Position numbers and translations under genes: made by a program. Of a stretch of 64,000 bases of DNA, positions 8,248-17,532 are shown piece after piece (the stretch's first letter is position 1; the number at the start of each line of letters is the position of its first letter). The notes beneath the pieces are model-generated. The model did no database searches, was not told the DNA's origin, and saw nothing but the letters and a program-made list of their open reading frames with translations. The DNA is from Candidatus Forterrea multitransposorum CG_2015-17_Forterrea_25_41 (GTDB lineage: Archaea > Iainarchaeota > Iainarchaeia > Iainarchaeales > CSSED10-239), in the NCBI GenBank assembly GCA_009392915.1, contig CP045477.1, positions 192,001-256,000 of the forward strand. The letters run 5' to 3'.

Positions 8248-8844
8248 GTGTTTATGCAGATAGATAAAAGTAAAATTTATTTTGAAACAGATCGTTTAAT
8301 AATAAGATTATTAAAGCCATCTGATGCTTCTGATATTTTTGAAAATTATAAGGATAAAGTATATTCTAAAAATATACCTAATCTTCCTTATCCTTATACT
8401 TTAAAACATGCAAATGATTTTATTAAAAAAAATAAATCTAAAATTAATAGAAAAAAAGATCCTGGAATTGAGTTTGCAATTTTTTCAAAAGAAGAAAATC
8501 GAGTTATTGGTGGTGCTTCTTTAAACCATATTGATTTTAAAAATAAAAAATGTGAAAGCGCTTCTTGTCTTTCAAAAAAATATTGGGGTAAAAAATATAT
8601 TTATGAAGCAAAGCTTGAAATCTATAAATATGCTTTCAATATTTTAAAATTAAATAAAATTTATGCTGATGTTTTTACTTATAATTTAAGAAGTAAAAAG
8701 CATTTAGAAAAGTTAGGTTTTAAGGAAGTCGGGCTTAAAAGAAAAGATATCTTCCATAAAAATAAGTTTATAGATCTTTACAGGCTTGATCTTTTAAAAG
8801 AGGAATTTAAGTATAAAGATTTAAAGAAAAATCTTCTTTCTTAA
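8248..8844 (+). CDS. GNAT family N-acetyltransferase (RimJ/RimL-like)
   Basis: FETDRLIIRLLKPSDASDIFENY is the typical RimJ-type N-terminus. Later motifs: GGASL..IDFKNKKCE, YWGKKY, and LKLNKIYADVFTYNLRSKKHLEKLGF. The start is either GTG 8248 or ATG 8254. Confidence 0.75.
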   Translation: MFMQIDKSKIYFETDRLIIRLLKPSDASDIFENYKDKVYSKNIPNLPYPYTLKHANDFIKKNKSKINRKKDPGIEFAIFSKEENRVIGGASLNHIDFKNKKCESASCLSKKYWGKKYIYEAKLEIYKYAFNILKLNKIYADVFTYNLRSKKHLEKLGFKEVGLKRKDIFHKNKFIDLYRLDLLKEEFKYKDLKKNLLS

Positions 8845-8967
8845 TTTTTTTTTAATTTTTTAGAAAAATTTAAAAACTTTTCTAGAAAATATTTTTATTT
8901 TTTTTGTTACATTATATATTTATTAACAAAAACTATTTTTAAAAAAACAAAAAAAGGTGGTGTAACT

Positions 8968-9447
8968 ATGAAAAAATATACTATCTGGGATGAAATGAGA
9001 AGAATGCAAAGAGAGATGGATTCTTTATTTGATGACTTTGTTTATTCTCAAAAACCATATCTTCTTTCAGGTTCTAAAAAAGATGAAAATTCTTTAACTT
9101 CTTTAGAAAACTATAGAGAACCAGTTTGTGATGTTAAAGAAGATAATGATAAATATAATCTTTCTTTAGAAATTCCTGGTTCAAAAAAAGAAGATATTAA
9201 AATAAATGTAAATGATAACAACTTAGAAATAAAGGTTGAACATAAAAGTGAAGAAAAAAAAGAGGATAAAGAAAAAGGTTACTATAGCTATTCAAAAAGT
9301 TATTCTGGCTTTTATAGATCCTTCTCTCTTCCAAGAAATATAGATAAGGATAACATAGATGCAGAGTACAAGGATGGTGTCTTACATCTTAAACTTCCAA
9401 AAAAAGAAATATCTTCTTCTTTAAACAAGTTAATAGAGGTTAAATAA
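8968..9447 (+). CDS. hsp20: Small heat-shock protein, Hsp20/alpha-crystallin family
   Basis: Alpha-crystallin domain: PVCDVKEDNDKYNLSLEIPGSKKEDIKINVNDNNLEIKVEHK...FYRSFSLPRNIDKDNIDAEYKDGVLHLKLPKK. A strong SD (GGTGGTG, 8956..8962) precedes it. Confidence 0.9.
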   Translation: MKKYTIWDEMRRMQREMDSLFDDFVYSQKPYLLSGSKKDENSLTSLENYREPVCDVKEDNDKYNLSLEIPGSKKEDIKINVNDNNLEIKVEHKSEEKKEDKEKGYYSYSKSYSGFYRSFSLPRNIDKDNIDAEYKDGVLHLKLPKKEISSSLNKLIEVK

Positions 9448-9460
9448 TTTTTTTAACCTC
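9436..9460. terminator. 8-bp inverted repeat hairpin between convergent genes
   Basis: GAGGTTAA (9436..9443) and TTAACCTC (9453..9460) flank a 9-nt loop. The hairpin overlaps the hsp20 stop and is followed by a T-run. Function is inferred. Confidence 0.4.
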
Positions 9461-9462
9461 TT

Positions 9463-10002
9463 TTATTCTTTAAGTAAATAATAAATATCTTTATCTAAGA
9501 TTAAGTTATTTACTTTTCCTAATTTTTCTTTTTTAATAATACCATTTTCTTCAAGTTTTAAAATTAGTCTATGAACTTTAATCTTTGATAACCCATCAAT
9601 ATATGTAAGTTCATATTGCCTTACTTTTCCATCATTTTCTAATATCTTTTCAATAATCTTTTTTTCATCTTTAGTTAAAAGATTAAGTATGGTTTTACTC
9701 TTAACATTAATATTTTTTTCTTTTTGATTAATTTCTTCAGATAAAAGATAGTAGATAAGTAACCCTACAAACATTCCAAAGAATGCACTAATAGGTATTA
9801 GATAAAAAGAATAATTTGATTTTTCTGGTTTATTTAACATCTGTTCTTTAAGTTCATCTATAGTATAAAGATCTATTGTTGTAATATCAATAGTATTCTG
9901 ACTTCTATTTATCTTTTGTTGTGCAGATAAAAATAAAAGAGTTGAAACTATTAATAATATAAAAGATAATAAGACAGCTAAGATAATTATTTTTTTGTTC
10001 AT
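9463..10002 (-). CDS. Membrane-anchored winged-helix DNA-binding protein
   Basis: Two hydrophobic helices (IIILAVLLSFILLIVSTLLFL and ISAFFGMFVGLLIYYLL) are followed by a wHTH-like C-terminus, LTKDEKKIIEKILENDGKVRQYELTYIDGLSKIKVHRLILKLEENGIIKKEKLGK. Confidence 0.6.
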   Translation of the reverse strand: MNKKIIILAVLLSFILLIVSTLLFLSAQQKINRSQNTIDITTIDLYTIDELKEQMLNKPEKSNYSFYLIPISAFFGMFVGLLIYYLLSEEINQKEKNINVKSKTILNLLTKDEKKIIEKILENDGKVRQYELTYIDGLSKIKVHRLILKLEENGIIKKEKLGKVNNLILDKDIYYLLKE

Positions 10003-10178
10003 AATAGATATATTGTTCTTTTCTGTTTTTATTCTTTATTGTTTATATATAGTTTCAGTTAATCAAACCATAGTTTCATAAAAGAGTATATATCGTTACA
10101 CTTATAATTATCTAGTACTTTAAAGGGTTTTTTTAAAAGTTTGTTAAAAACTTTTTAAAGTAAAATTAAAAAAAAAAG

Positions 10179-10613
10179 GTGAAAAAAAATATGAATAATA
10201 AAACAAAAATAATTGCCTCTATCCTTACATTGTTTAGTTTTCTTTTAGTTTTAGGAACAGTAAGTGCATACAGAGGAGATGTAACAAAGCTAGGTCCAAA
10301 CTACGATCCTGTAGTACATGCAAATATGCAATTTGCAATTGAAGCTGGAGATTATCAAGCTTGGAATGATATTGTTTCTTTAAGAGATAATAATTCAAAG
10401 ATAACTACATATATAACAGAAGAAAACTTTGAAGAATACAGTAAAGCATACCTTTCTGCTTTATCAGGAGATTCATCTTCTTTACAAGAGTTTAGAGCTT
10501 CTTTAGGTTTAGGCCAAGGTAATCAATATAGAGGATCTAATAAAGGTTCTTTAAATGAAAACTCTAATTCTTTAGGTCAAAAGAAAATGAATAGATACAA
10601 CTCTACAAATTAG
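10179..10613 (+). CDS. Small secreted protein of unknown function
   Basis: Signal-peptide-like KTKIIASILTLFSFLLVLGTVSAYRG. The likely true start is ATG 10191, 9 nt after the SD AAGGTGA. No recognisable domain. Confidence 0.55.
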   Translation: MKKNMNNKTKIIASILTLFSFLLVLGTVSAYRGDVTKLGPNYDPVVHANMQFAIEAGDYQAWNDIVSLRDNNSKITTYITEENFEEYSKAYLSALSGDSSSLQEFRASLGLGQGNQYRGSNKGSLNENSNSLGQKKMNRYNSTN

Positions 10614-10766
10614 TTTTTTTTAATAGGTTATAAAAATTAATTAAGATTATTTATTTAATCTTTTTTTCTTTTATAAGTTCTTTTTTTAAATGTATTTATG
10701 CTTAATTATATTATTAGTTTATAATTCTATTTTTCTTTTAAGAAGAATATTTTATATGAATTTTTG

Positions 10767-10838
10767 CTTCTGTGGCTCAGTGGTAGAGCGCAACCTTGGT
10801 AAGGTTGAGGTCGCGGGTTCGACTCCCGCCAGAAGCTT
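10767..10838 (+). tRNA. tRNA-Thr (GGU)
   Basis: Canonical cloverleaf: GCUUCUG UG GCUC AGUGGUA GAGC G CAACC UUGGUAA GGUUG AGGUC GCGGG UUCGACU CCCGC CAGAAGC U. Confidence 0.92.
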
Positions 10839-10840
10839 GA

Positions 10841-10867
10841 TGCACAAAAATAACTAATTTGTGCATT
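10841..10867. repeat. Perfect 9-bp inverted repeat immediately 3' of tRNA-Thr
   Basis: ATGCACAAA (10841..10849) and TTTGTGCAT (10859..10867) flank a 9-nt loop. It could be a tRNA terminator or a recombination or binding site at a possible element boundary. Confidence 0.4.
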
Positions 10868-10995
10868 TGAAATATACTTTTTAATCTTTAATTATACCAA
10901 ATTATATGCATTTATAAATAGATTATAACGGACTTATAATCTTTTAGTAAAAGACTATATTTAAAAACATTTCTGTTATATATTATATTAGTGAT

Positions 10996-12267
10996 TTGTA
11001 TATGGATAAAGATTTTTTAAGAAATGTTATTACTGATCAATATGAAGATCTAAAAGATGTTTCTAAAACGGTTTTAAGATATGATTTAAAAGAAATAACA
11101 TCTTTTGTAGAAAATCCTGCAATTTCAATAATTTCAGGAATTAGAAGATGTGGAAAATCAACTTTTTTAGAACAAATAATTAACCTACATTATAAAGATG
11201 ATTTTTATTATTTTGATTTTTCAGATGAAAGAATTTCAAGATTTCAAACAGAAGATTTTCAAAAACTATATGAAGTATTTTTAGAAAAATTTGGAAAAAG
11301 AAAAGCATTTTTCTTTGATGAGATACAAGAAGTTCCAGATTGGAATAAATTCGTAAATAGAATGAATAAAATAGGCTATAAATGTTTTGTTACTGGTTCA
11401 AACTCAAATTTATTAAGCAAAGAATTATCCACATACCTTACAGGAAGACATATAGATAAAGTTTTATTTCCATTTTCTTTTAAAGAATATTTAGTATATA
11501 AAAATATAAATATTGACTTAGATTCTACAAAATCAAAAACCTTAATTATTAAAGAATTTAAAAATTATTTTAAATTAGGGGGTTTTCCAGAAGTTGTTTT
11601 AACAAATGACACTTCAATTTTATTAAATATTTATTCAGATATTATTTCAAAAGACATTATTGAAAGATTTAAAATAAATGATATTTCTCTATTTAAAGAA
11701 TTTTGTAATTATGTTATATCTTTATCTACAAATGAATTTACTTATAAATCATTAAAAGATAATTTTAAAATTCAAAATATAACTACTGTTTCAAATTATC
11801 TTGATTATTTAAAACTTACATATCTTGTTTATGAAGTTAAAAGATTTTCTCCTGCTTTACAGAAATTAAATAAATTTCCAAAAAAATATTATTGTATTGA
11901 TAATGGGTTATTAAATAAAGTTGGTTTTGGATATTCAATAGAAGAGAGTAGATTTTTAGAAAATCAAGTTTTTATTGAACTTTGGAGAAACAATTTAAAT
12001 TCTGAAATTTATTATTATAGAAATAAAGATAATAAAGAATGTGATTTTTTAGTATTAAATAACAGAAAAGTTGCTAAAGCTATTCAAGTTTGTTATGCTT
12101 TTAAAAAAGCAGAAACAAGAAATAGAGAAATTGAAGGTTTATTATCTGCTTTAAAAGAATTTAATTTGTCTTTTGGAGAAATTATAACCTTTGAACATAA
12201 AGAAAGATTAGAAATTGAGGGTAAAATTATAGAAATGATTCCTATCTATGAGTGGTTATTAAAATAA
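10996..12267 (+). CDS. AAA+ ATPase with C-terminal DUF4143-type domain (COG1373 family)
   Basis: Walker A: ISGIRRCGKSTFLEQ. Walker B: AFFFDEIQEVPDW. The FVTGSNSNLLSKELSTYLTGR block and the C-terminal ...ECDFLV... restriction-endonuclease-like fold motif are typical of this family. The probable start is ATG 11002. Confidence 0.85.
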   Translation: MYMDKDFLRNVITDQYEDLKDVSKTVLRYDLKEITSFVENPAISIISGIRRCGKSTFLEQIINLHYKDDFYYFDFSDERISRFQTEDFQKLYEVFLEKFGKRKAFFFDEIQEVPDWNKFVNRMNKIGYKCFVTGSNSNLLSKELSTYLTGRHIDKVLFPFSFKEYLVYKNINIDLDSTKSKTLIIKEFKNYFKLGGFPEVVLTNDTSILLNIYSDIISKDIIERFKINDISLFKEFCNYVISLSTNEFTYKSLKDNFKIQNITTVSNYLDYLKLTYLVYEVKRFSPALQKLNKFPKKYYCIDNGLLNKVGFGYSIEESRFLENQVFIELWRNNLNSEIYYYRNKDNKECDFLVLNNRKVAKAIQVCYAFKKAETRNREIEGLLSALKEFNLSFGEIITFEHKERLEIEGKIIEMIPIYEWLLK

Positions 12268-12272
12268 AAAAT

Positions 12273-12311
12273 GAGCGCTTTTAACCTAAGGTTTAGTTCC
12301 TGCCAGAAGCT
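12273..12311 (+). pseudogene. Degraded partial copy of tRNA-Thr (D-arm 3' side to acceptor 3' end)
   Basis: The fragment gagcgc-ttttaacct-aaggtt-tag-ttcctgccagaagct aligns with tRNA-Thr gagcgc-aacctt(ggt)aaggtt-gag...ctcccgccagaagct. There is an exact 11-nt match, gccagaagctt, at both sites (10829..10839 and 12302..12312). The anticodon loop and most of the T-arm are deleted. Confidence 0.55.
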
Positions 12312-12313
12312 TT

Positions 12314-12379
12314 GAACCGGTTTCGCTCGGTTCACGCGCAATCTTTAAAAGAGCTGGTTTCGATCAGTTAACACGCAAT
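12314..12379. repeat. Two tandem 29-nt GC-rich hairpin motifs (period 37 nt)
   Basis: R1 (12314..12342) is gaaccggtttcgctcggttcacgcgcaat. R2 (12351..12379) is gagctggtttcgatcagttaacacgcaat. They share 23/29 identical positions. A stem C-G pair in R1 is replaced by T-A in R2, a compensatory change. Confidence 0.6.
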
Positions 12380-12402
12380 GGTTCTTCTTTTTCTTCTAGA
12401 AA

Positions 12403-13170
12403 TTAAGCTTTTCTGAACAATAAAAATCCAATTGTAATTAAAAATAAAGCAATACAAATAGATGCAGCAGTAATTATTTCAGGATATTGATTATTAAAAC
12501 CAACAGAACTTGTATGCTTAATAATAATCCCAAAATATGCCCACGCAAAAACTAAAATATAAGCAATATCTCTATTTCTAACACTGGTTAAAATACCAAT
12601 AATAGAACCTACTAAAAGAATAGCAATTGTCCAAATACTTTCACTAATACCAAAACCATTCCATCCAACACTAACAAGAAAAGCTGTAATATTTGCAATT
12701 GTTGCAACTGTTATCCATCCAAAGTAAATACTAAATGGAAGGGATAAAAAGAAAAAATCTTTAGACTTATTTTCTCTTATTAGTAAATTAATTTTAATTA
12801 AACAAAATAATATACCTAGCATAAAGATTATAGATACCCATAATAAACCATAATGCCAAGAAAAGATCCATAATGCATTAGCTACAGAACTTATAATAAA
12901 ATAAATACTTATCTTGTTTAATAATTTATTTTCTTTTAAACTAATTTTTTTAAAAGTTTCAAATTGATATAAAACAAATAAACCTAATAACAAATAAATT
13001 ATACCCCAGATAGAAAAAGTAATTCCTGCAGGAGCAAATAAGTTAGGATATAGGTCAGAGACAGCCCCTGTATCAATGTTATTTATTGGCAGGGCATTAG
13101 CTAAATAATTAACTACAATCATTACTATATAGACTAATGCTACAAAAATTTTTCTTAATATAAAATTCAT
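12403..13170 (-). CDS. Polytopic membrane protein, TspO/MBR-related (tryptophan-rich sensory protein-like)
   Basis: The N-terminal block NYLANALPINNIDTGAVSDLYPNLFAPAGITFSIWGIIYLLLG and Trp-rich helices (WIFSWHYGLLW, YFGWITVATIAN) match my recollection of long TspO-like proteins. The family assignment is uncertain. Confidence 0.5.
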   Translation of the reverse strand: MNFILRKIFVALVYIVMIVVNYLANALPINNIDTGAVSDLYPNLFAPAGITFSIWGIIYLLLGLFVLYQFETFKKISLKENKLLNKISIYFIISSVANALWIFSWHYGLLWVSIIFMLGILFCLIKINLLIRENKSKDFFFLSLPFSIYFGWITVATIANITAFLVSVGWNGFGISESIWTIAILLVGSIIGILTSVRNRDIAYILVFAWAYFGIIIKHTSSVGFNNQYPEIITAASICIALFLITIGFLLFRKA

Positions 13171-13316
13171 AATTATTTCTTAAACCAAAACATATTTATA
13201 TGTTATTTCTTAAATATTTTTTTAAAATTAATCTACAAATATTTTTTAACTTAAGTTTTTAGCTAAAATTTTAATAATTAATATTTTTTAAAAATACATC
13301 TCTATTTATATTTTTT

Positions 13317-13784
13317 TTGTTTTATTTCTTAATTATGGCAACAAATAAAGCTGTAAAAGCAATAATCTTTAATAAAGATAATCAAATGTTAATTTTAAAA
13401 AGAACTCCTCTTTATAAAAGAAAAGGCAAAATTAATGTTTTAAAAAAATATGCACATTTAGATAAAAAAAATATATATGATCTCCCTGGTGGAAGACTTG
13501 AAATAAATGAAACTATCAAAACTGGCCTTAAAAGAGAAGTTTTTGAAGAAACAGGACTTAAAATTAAAATCTTAAAAAAAGTAAGTTCTTGGGAATTTAT
13601 TTCTTTAGATAATAAAAAAGTAGAAGTGACTAATTTTCTTTGTGAAATTAAAAAGAATACTTCAAATAAAATAATTTTAAGTCAAGAACATGATAATTAT
13701 AAATGGGTTGATCTTAAAAATATTAAAAGATATAGTTTTAAAGATAAAAGTTTTTTTGATTCTTTAAAATTTTTATCTAAATAA
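13317..13784 (+). CDS. NUDIX hydrolase
   Basis: Nudix box: GGRLEINETIKTGLKREVFEETGL (G-x5-E-x7-REUxEExGU). The likely start is ATG 13335 (MATNKAVKAIIF). Confidence 0.85.
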   Translation: MFYFLIMATNKAVKAIIFNKDNQMLILKRTPLYKRKGKINVLKKYAHLDKKNIYDLPGGRLEINETIKTGLKREVFEETGLKIKILKKVSSWEFISLDNKKVEVTNFLCEIKKNTSNKIILSQEHDNYKWVDLKNIKRYSFKDKSFFDSLKFLSK

Positions 13785-13814
13785 TTTTTTAAAGAAAAAA
13801 AAAGAAAAGAAGAA

Positions 13815-16013
13815 TTATCTATATGTTTCATCTATATAGCTAATATCTTCTCCAATAACAACTTCTGTTTCTTCTTGACTTGTAAAGTTATATGTCTTTA
13901 ATAAATTATTAGTTATAGTATACAATTCATCTCCAATATATAAACTTCTAGCAATAGATCCATAGTAATATCTATTTTTCTTTGTGTGATCAATAGTTGT
14001 TATTTTACTAATACCATCTTTATCTGCTTTTAAAACAACAAATCCAAACTCAGAAGATGATGTATTATATCTTTCAGTAATAGGAAGTACAACTAAATTA
14101 TTCTTTGAAATATATAAGAATGCTTTATGATCGTAAGATACTTGTGTATTTGAATAACTTGCACTTGAAACCCATTTTCCAACTTCTTTAGGATTTGAAA
14201 AATCACTTACATCAAACAAAGCAACCTTAACTCCAGAATTATTAGTTCCACCCCATTCATTAGCTTCAGTTTCTTGACCAATACCTAATATTAAATTTTC
14301 AGATATTGGATGAAGATAATCAGAGTAACCTGAAATTTTTAAATAACCTAGAACTTTTGGTTTTGTAGGGTTTTCTAAATCAATTACAAAGAAAGGATCA
14401 ACTTGTCTGTATGTAACTAAATAAAGTTTATCTCCCATAAATCTAGCACTATATATTCTTTCATTTGGTGCAATTTCATCAACAATTCCAACTTCATTTA
14501 AAGAACTATTTAAAACTGTAACTGCATTTTTTGAAATAGTAGAATATCCGTTGTAATCTTGATAAGTTGTTGCAACTCTTAAATAACCTTCTTCTTCATC
14601 TAATGAAAATTGATTTAAAAGTTTTCCTTTAACTTCTCCTTGTGATATACTTCCAAAGCTACCATCTAAAAGAAGTTCAATTCTGTTAATGTATGTTTTA
14701 TCATATTGATTTCTTTCTTCTTGATAATATTTATCAGATTCTTCTTGTATTAAATTATATAATTCTTCTTTTTCTTCTTTGTCAAGAGTTTGATAGTAGT
14801 TATTTAATATTTCAATTAATTTTTCAGAATCATTTAAATTACTTTCAATTTCTTTAGCTATATTTGTAGGATATACTTTTTCATAGATTGATTCAAAAAC
14901 TAAATCTTTTGAATAGTTATTCCATCCAAATCTAAAGAAAGGATAATACATATTTTTTTCAGTTACAACATATAGGTTATTATTACTCATATATATTGTA
15001 TTTGAATTATCAAGTATGATTTCTATACTATCAATAATTGAAGATTCTTTTTCTAAATAATTAAGTGAAGTTAAATTATACATTACTTTAGATTCTTCAC
15101 TAACATCTCTTGGCATAATTATTTTAGATTCAAAATTACTTACAACATCATTTTTAATTTCTTTAACAGGCATTATAAATCTATCATAATAGATGTTAGG
15201 GTTAAAATCATATAGATAATCATTAGTTATAATATATACAATTCCATCTTTCATTCTTGATTGATAGTAGTTGCCTTTAATTTCTACGCTGTTAAGTTTT
15301 GAAAGAGAATTTTCTTCTATTCTATAAGTTTCAACAACAGTAAATGGTATATAAGTCATTTGAGGATAAAGATAAGAATATTGAGTAAATTTACTTTCTA
15401 CAATATTTTTTTCAATTATTACATATAAAAGGTCTTCTGTATCTAAGAACATTCCTTTAATTGTTAAATATTCTGCATTTTGATCATTAATTTTAACAGT
15501 ATATTTTTCTTCATCAGCTATAGGAACATCAACATCATTTATTACTGTTATTGTTTTGTCTTTTGCAATAAATATTTGTTTTCCATTAGTTTTTACAATA
15601 TCTCCTTCATCTATACCAGAAACTTGTACATTAGTTTGAGAAAAATCATTTTCAGCTCCTGTTGATTGAACAGAACTATCAGTTGCCATAATAGGCATTG
15701 ATTCTTCCATGGTTTTAGACATATCTCCTACTCTAATACTATTACTTGAATTAGTGGTAGTTAAAAGAGTTAATAGTTCTTGGGAGGTAATTGTTACAAA
15801 TGGTGATTCTTCATTTGTTTTAAAATCACTATATGTTAAATTTTCATAGTTTTTTTCTGTTGATTGATCACTAAGATATTCATCTTGGTTATCATCTATT
15901 ATTTTATTTTTTAAAATATTTTGATTAATTACAAGTCCAACAACTAATAGTGCAAGAACAAGTATTATAATCCCTAAAAATAAATTTGATTTATTTTTCA
16001 TATATCTTTTCAC
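13815..16013 (-). CDS. Secreted beta-propeller domain protein (COG4880 / Beta_propel family)
   Basis: N-terminal TM/signal LFLGIIILVLALLVVGLVI. Family-typical blocks: VSGIDEGDIVKTNGKQIFIA, YQSRMKDGIVYIITN, and SARFMGDKLYLVTYRQVDPFFVIDLENPTKPKVLGYLKISGYSDYLHP. Confidence 0.85.
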   Translation of the reverse strand: MKRYMKNKSNLFLGIIILVLALLVVGLVINQNILKNKIIDDNQDEYLSDQSTEKNYENLTYSDFKTNEESPFVTITSQELLTLLTTTNSSNSIRVGDMSKTMEESMPIMATDSSVQSTGAENDFSQTNVQVSGIDEGDIVKTNGKQIFIAKDKTITVINDVDVPIADEEKYTVKINDQNAEYLTIKGMFLDTEDLLYVIIEKNIVESKFTQYSYLYPQMTYIPFTVVETYRIEENSLSKLNSVEIKGNYYQSRMKDGIVYIITNDYLYDFNPNIYYDRFIMPVKEIKNDVVSNFESKIIMPRDVSEESKVMYNLTSLNYLEKESSIIDSIEIILDNSNTIYMSNNNLYVVTEKNMYYPFFRFGWNNYSKDLVFESIYEKVYPTNIAKEIESNLNDSEKLIEILNNYYQTLDKEEKEELYNLIQEESDKYYQEERNQYDKTYINRIELLLDGSFGSISQGEVKGKLLNQFSLDEEEGYLRVATTYQDYNGYSTISKNAVTVLNSSLNEVGIVDEIAPNERIYSARFMGDKLYLVTYRQVDPFFVIDLENPTKPKVLGYLKISGYSDYLHPISENLILGIGQETEANEWGGTNNSGVKVALFDVSDFSNPKEVGKWVSSASYSNTQVSYDHKAFLYISKNNLVVLPITERYNTSSSEFGFVVLKADKDGISKITTIDHTKKNRYYYGSIARSLYIGDELYTITNNLLKTYNFTSQEETEVVIGEDISYIDETYR

Positions 16014-16180
16014 CTTTACTTTTTTATGTAAAATTATTATTAATAAGTATTCTATGCTCTAAAGTCAATATAAACCCTATTTTTTAGTTAGGTTATTTCC
16101 TTTTTATAGTTTATTTTAATTTTAAGTTATTTTTATTTGTTAAAGATTGTTTTTTAAATTATTTGTAACATTTATATTCT

Positions 16181-17008
16181 ATGCATTTTTATATTATTGA
16201 GTTTGTTATAATAATTTTATTTATACTTACTTTAATTCATTTTAGAAAAAATAAGCGATTTTTAATATTTTCATTTATTTTTGCATGTCTTTTTGAAATA
16301 TTTGGAGTCTTTATTTCAGGTTATCTTTATTCTAATGATTTTTTAATAAATATTTATGGTGTTCCAATTTTTATAATTTTATCTTGGGTTATTATTCTAA
16401 CCACATCTTATAACTTAATTTCAACTATAACAAATCATAAATTAACAAAAGCTATTTTAGTATCATTATCAGCAACTGCTTTAGACTTAGTTTTTGAAGC
16501 ATCAGCTGTTTTTCTAAATTTTTGGACTTGGAAAGTAACAGTTCCAAATATTTTAGTAAGTATTGATCCAGCTAATTTTATTGGATGGATGATTGTAAGT
16601 TTTTGTTTTGTTTACTTATATGAGCTAAATTATAAAGCAGGTATGCTTTTTTCTTTTCCTTTTTATGTTTTTTTAGGGATATCTTATAAAATAATATATG
16701 ATTTAATTTTTAAAAATAGTAATATTGATCCTTTTTTCCCTTTCTTTCTATTATTTACTTTTGTTTTTGTTTTGGCAGTTTATTTATTATATAAAAATTA
16801 TAAATTTTCTAAAAATAATCTTTGGTGGTACTCTTTTCTTTTAAGAGTGCCTTTTTTGATATTTGGAGTTTTCTTTTCAATAAAATTTAAACTATTTATT
16901 GATAATTATATTTTACTTTTTATAGTCATGGGACTTTTAATAGAAATTGTTTTCTTATATCTTAGTTTCTCTTATAAATATAATAAATTTAAAAAACATA
17001 TGAAATAA
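16181..17008 (+). CDS. Polytopic integral membrane protein (possibly DUF422/carotenoid-biosynthesis-protein-like)
   Basis: About 8 hydrophobic helices. ALDLVFEASAVFLNFWTWK is weakly reminiscent of DUF422. Coding is likely, function is uncertain. Confidence 0.5.
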   Translation: MHFYIIEFVIIILFILTLIHFRKNKRFLIFSFIFACLFEIFGVFISGYLYSNDFLINIYGVPIFIILSWVIILTTSYNLISTITNHKLTKAILVSLSATALDLVFEASAVFLNFWTWKVTVPNILVSIDPANFIGWMIVSFCFVYLYELNYKAGMLFSFPFYVFLGISYKIIYDLIFKNSNIDPFFPFFLLFTFVFVLAVYLLYKNYKFSKNNLWWYSFLLRVPFLIFGVFFSIKFKLFIDNYILLFIVMGLLIEIVFLYLSFSYKYNKFKKHMK

Positions 17009-17075
17009 AATTCATTTATAAACCTTACTTCTCATATTTATATATACAATATAATTTTGTGAGAGGTAAATTAAT

Positions 17076-17441
17076 ATGAATTCAAATAAACAAAAAAAAA
17101 TTAATTTTTTAATTAAAATTAATACTTATTTTTTAGCTGCTTTGGTGCTTTATGCAGGAATAAATAAATTATTTATAAATGGAATTGATGGTGTTATTGG
17201 TATGCTTACAGGAGCAGGTTTCTTTTTACCAGTGTTTTTAGCATGGGTTTTAGTTATTTCAGAAATCGGTTCAGGTATAATGCTTTTTACTGGTCTTTAT
17301 AAAAAGTATGTTGTTTTAGTTCCAGCATTTATAATGATTGTGATCACTTTTACAATAGCTTTTGGTAATTGGCAAAGTATGATACAACATTTATTAATAG
17401 CATCTAATTATTTACTTATAGGTTGTATTTCCTCTAAGTAA
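17076..17441 (+). CDS. DoxX-like small membrane protein
   Basis: Four predicted helices. LYAGINKLF...WVLVISEIGSGIMLFTGL resembles the DoxX family topology and motifs. Confidence 0.55.
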   Translation: MNSNKQKKINFLIKINTYFLAALVLYAGINKLFINGIDGVIGMLTGAGFFLPVFLAWVLVISEIGSGIMLFTGLYKKYVVLVPAFIMIVITFTIAFGNWQSMIQHLLIASNYLLIGCISSK

Positions 17442-17532
17442 TTTTCTTTTTTTTATTTCTTTATTTTTTGGACAGAATCTATTTAAAAACCTTTAGAAAT
17501 ATAATTATTTCATAAAACGGAGTTGATATTTT

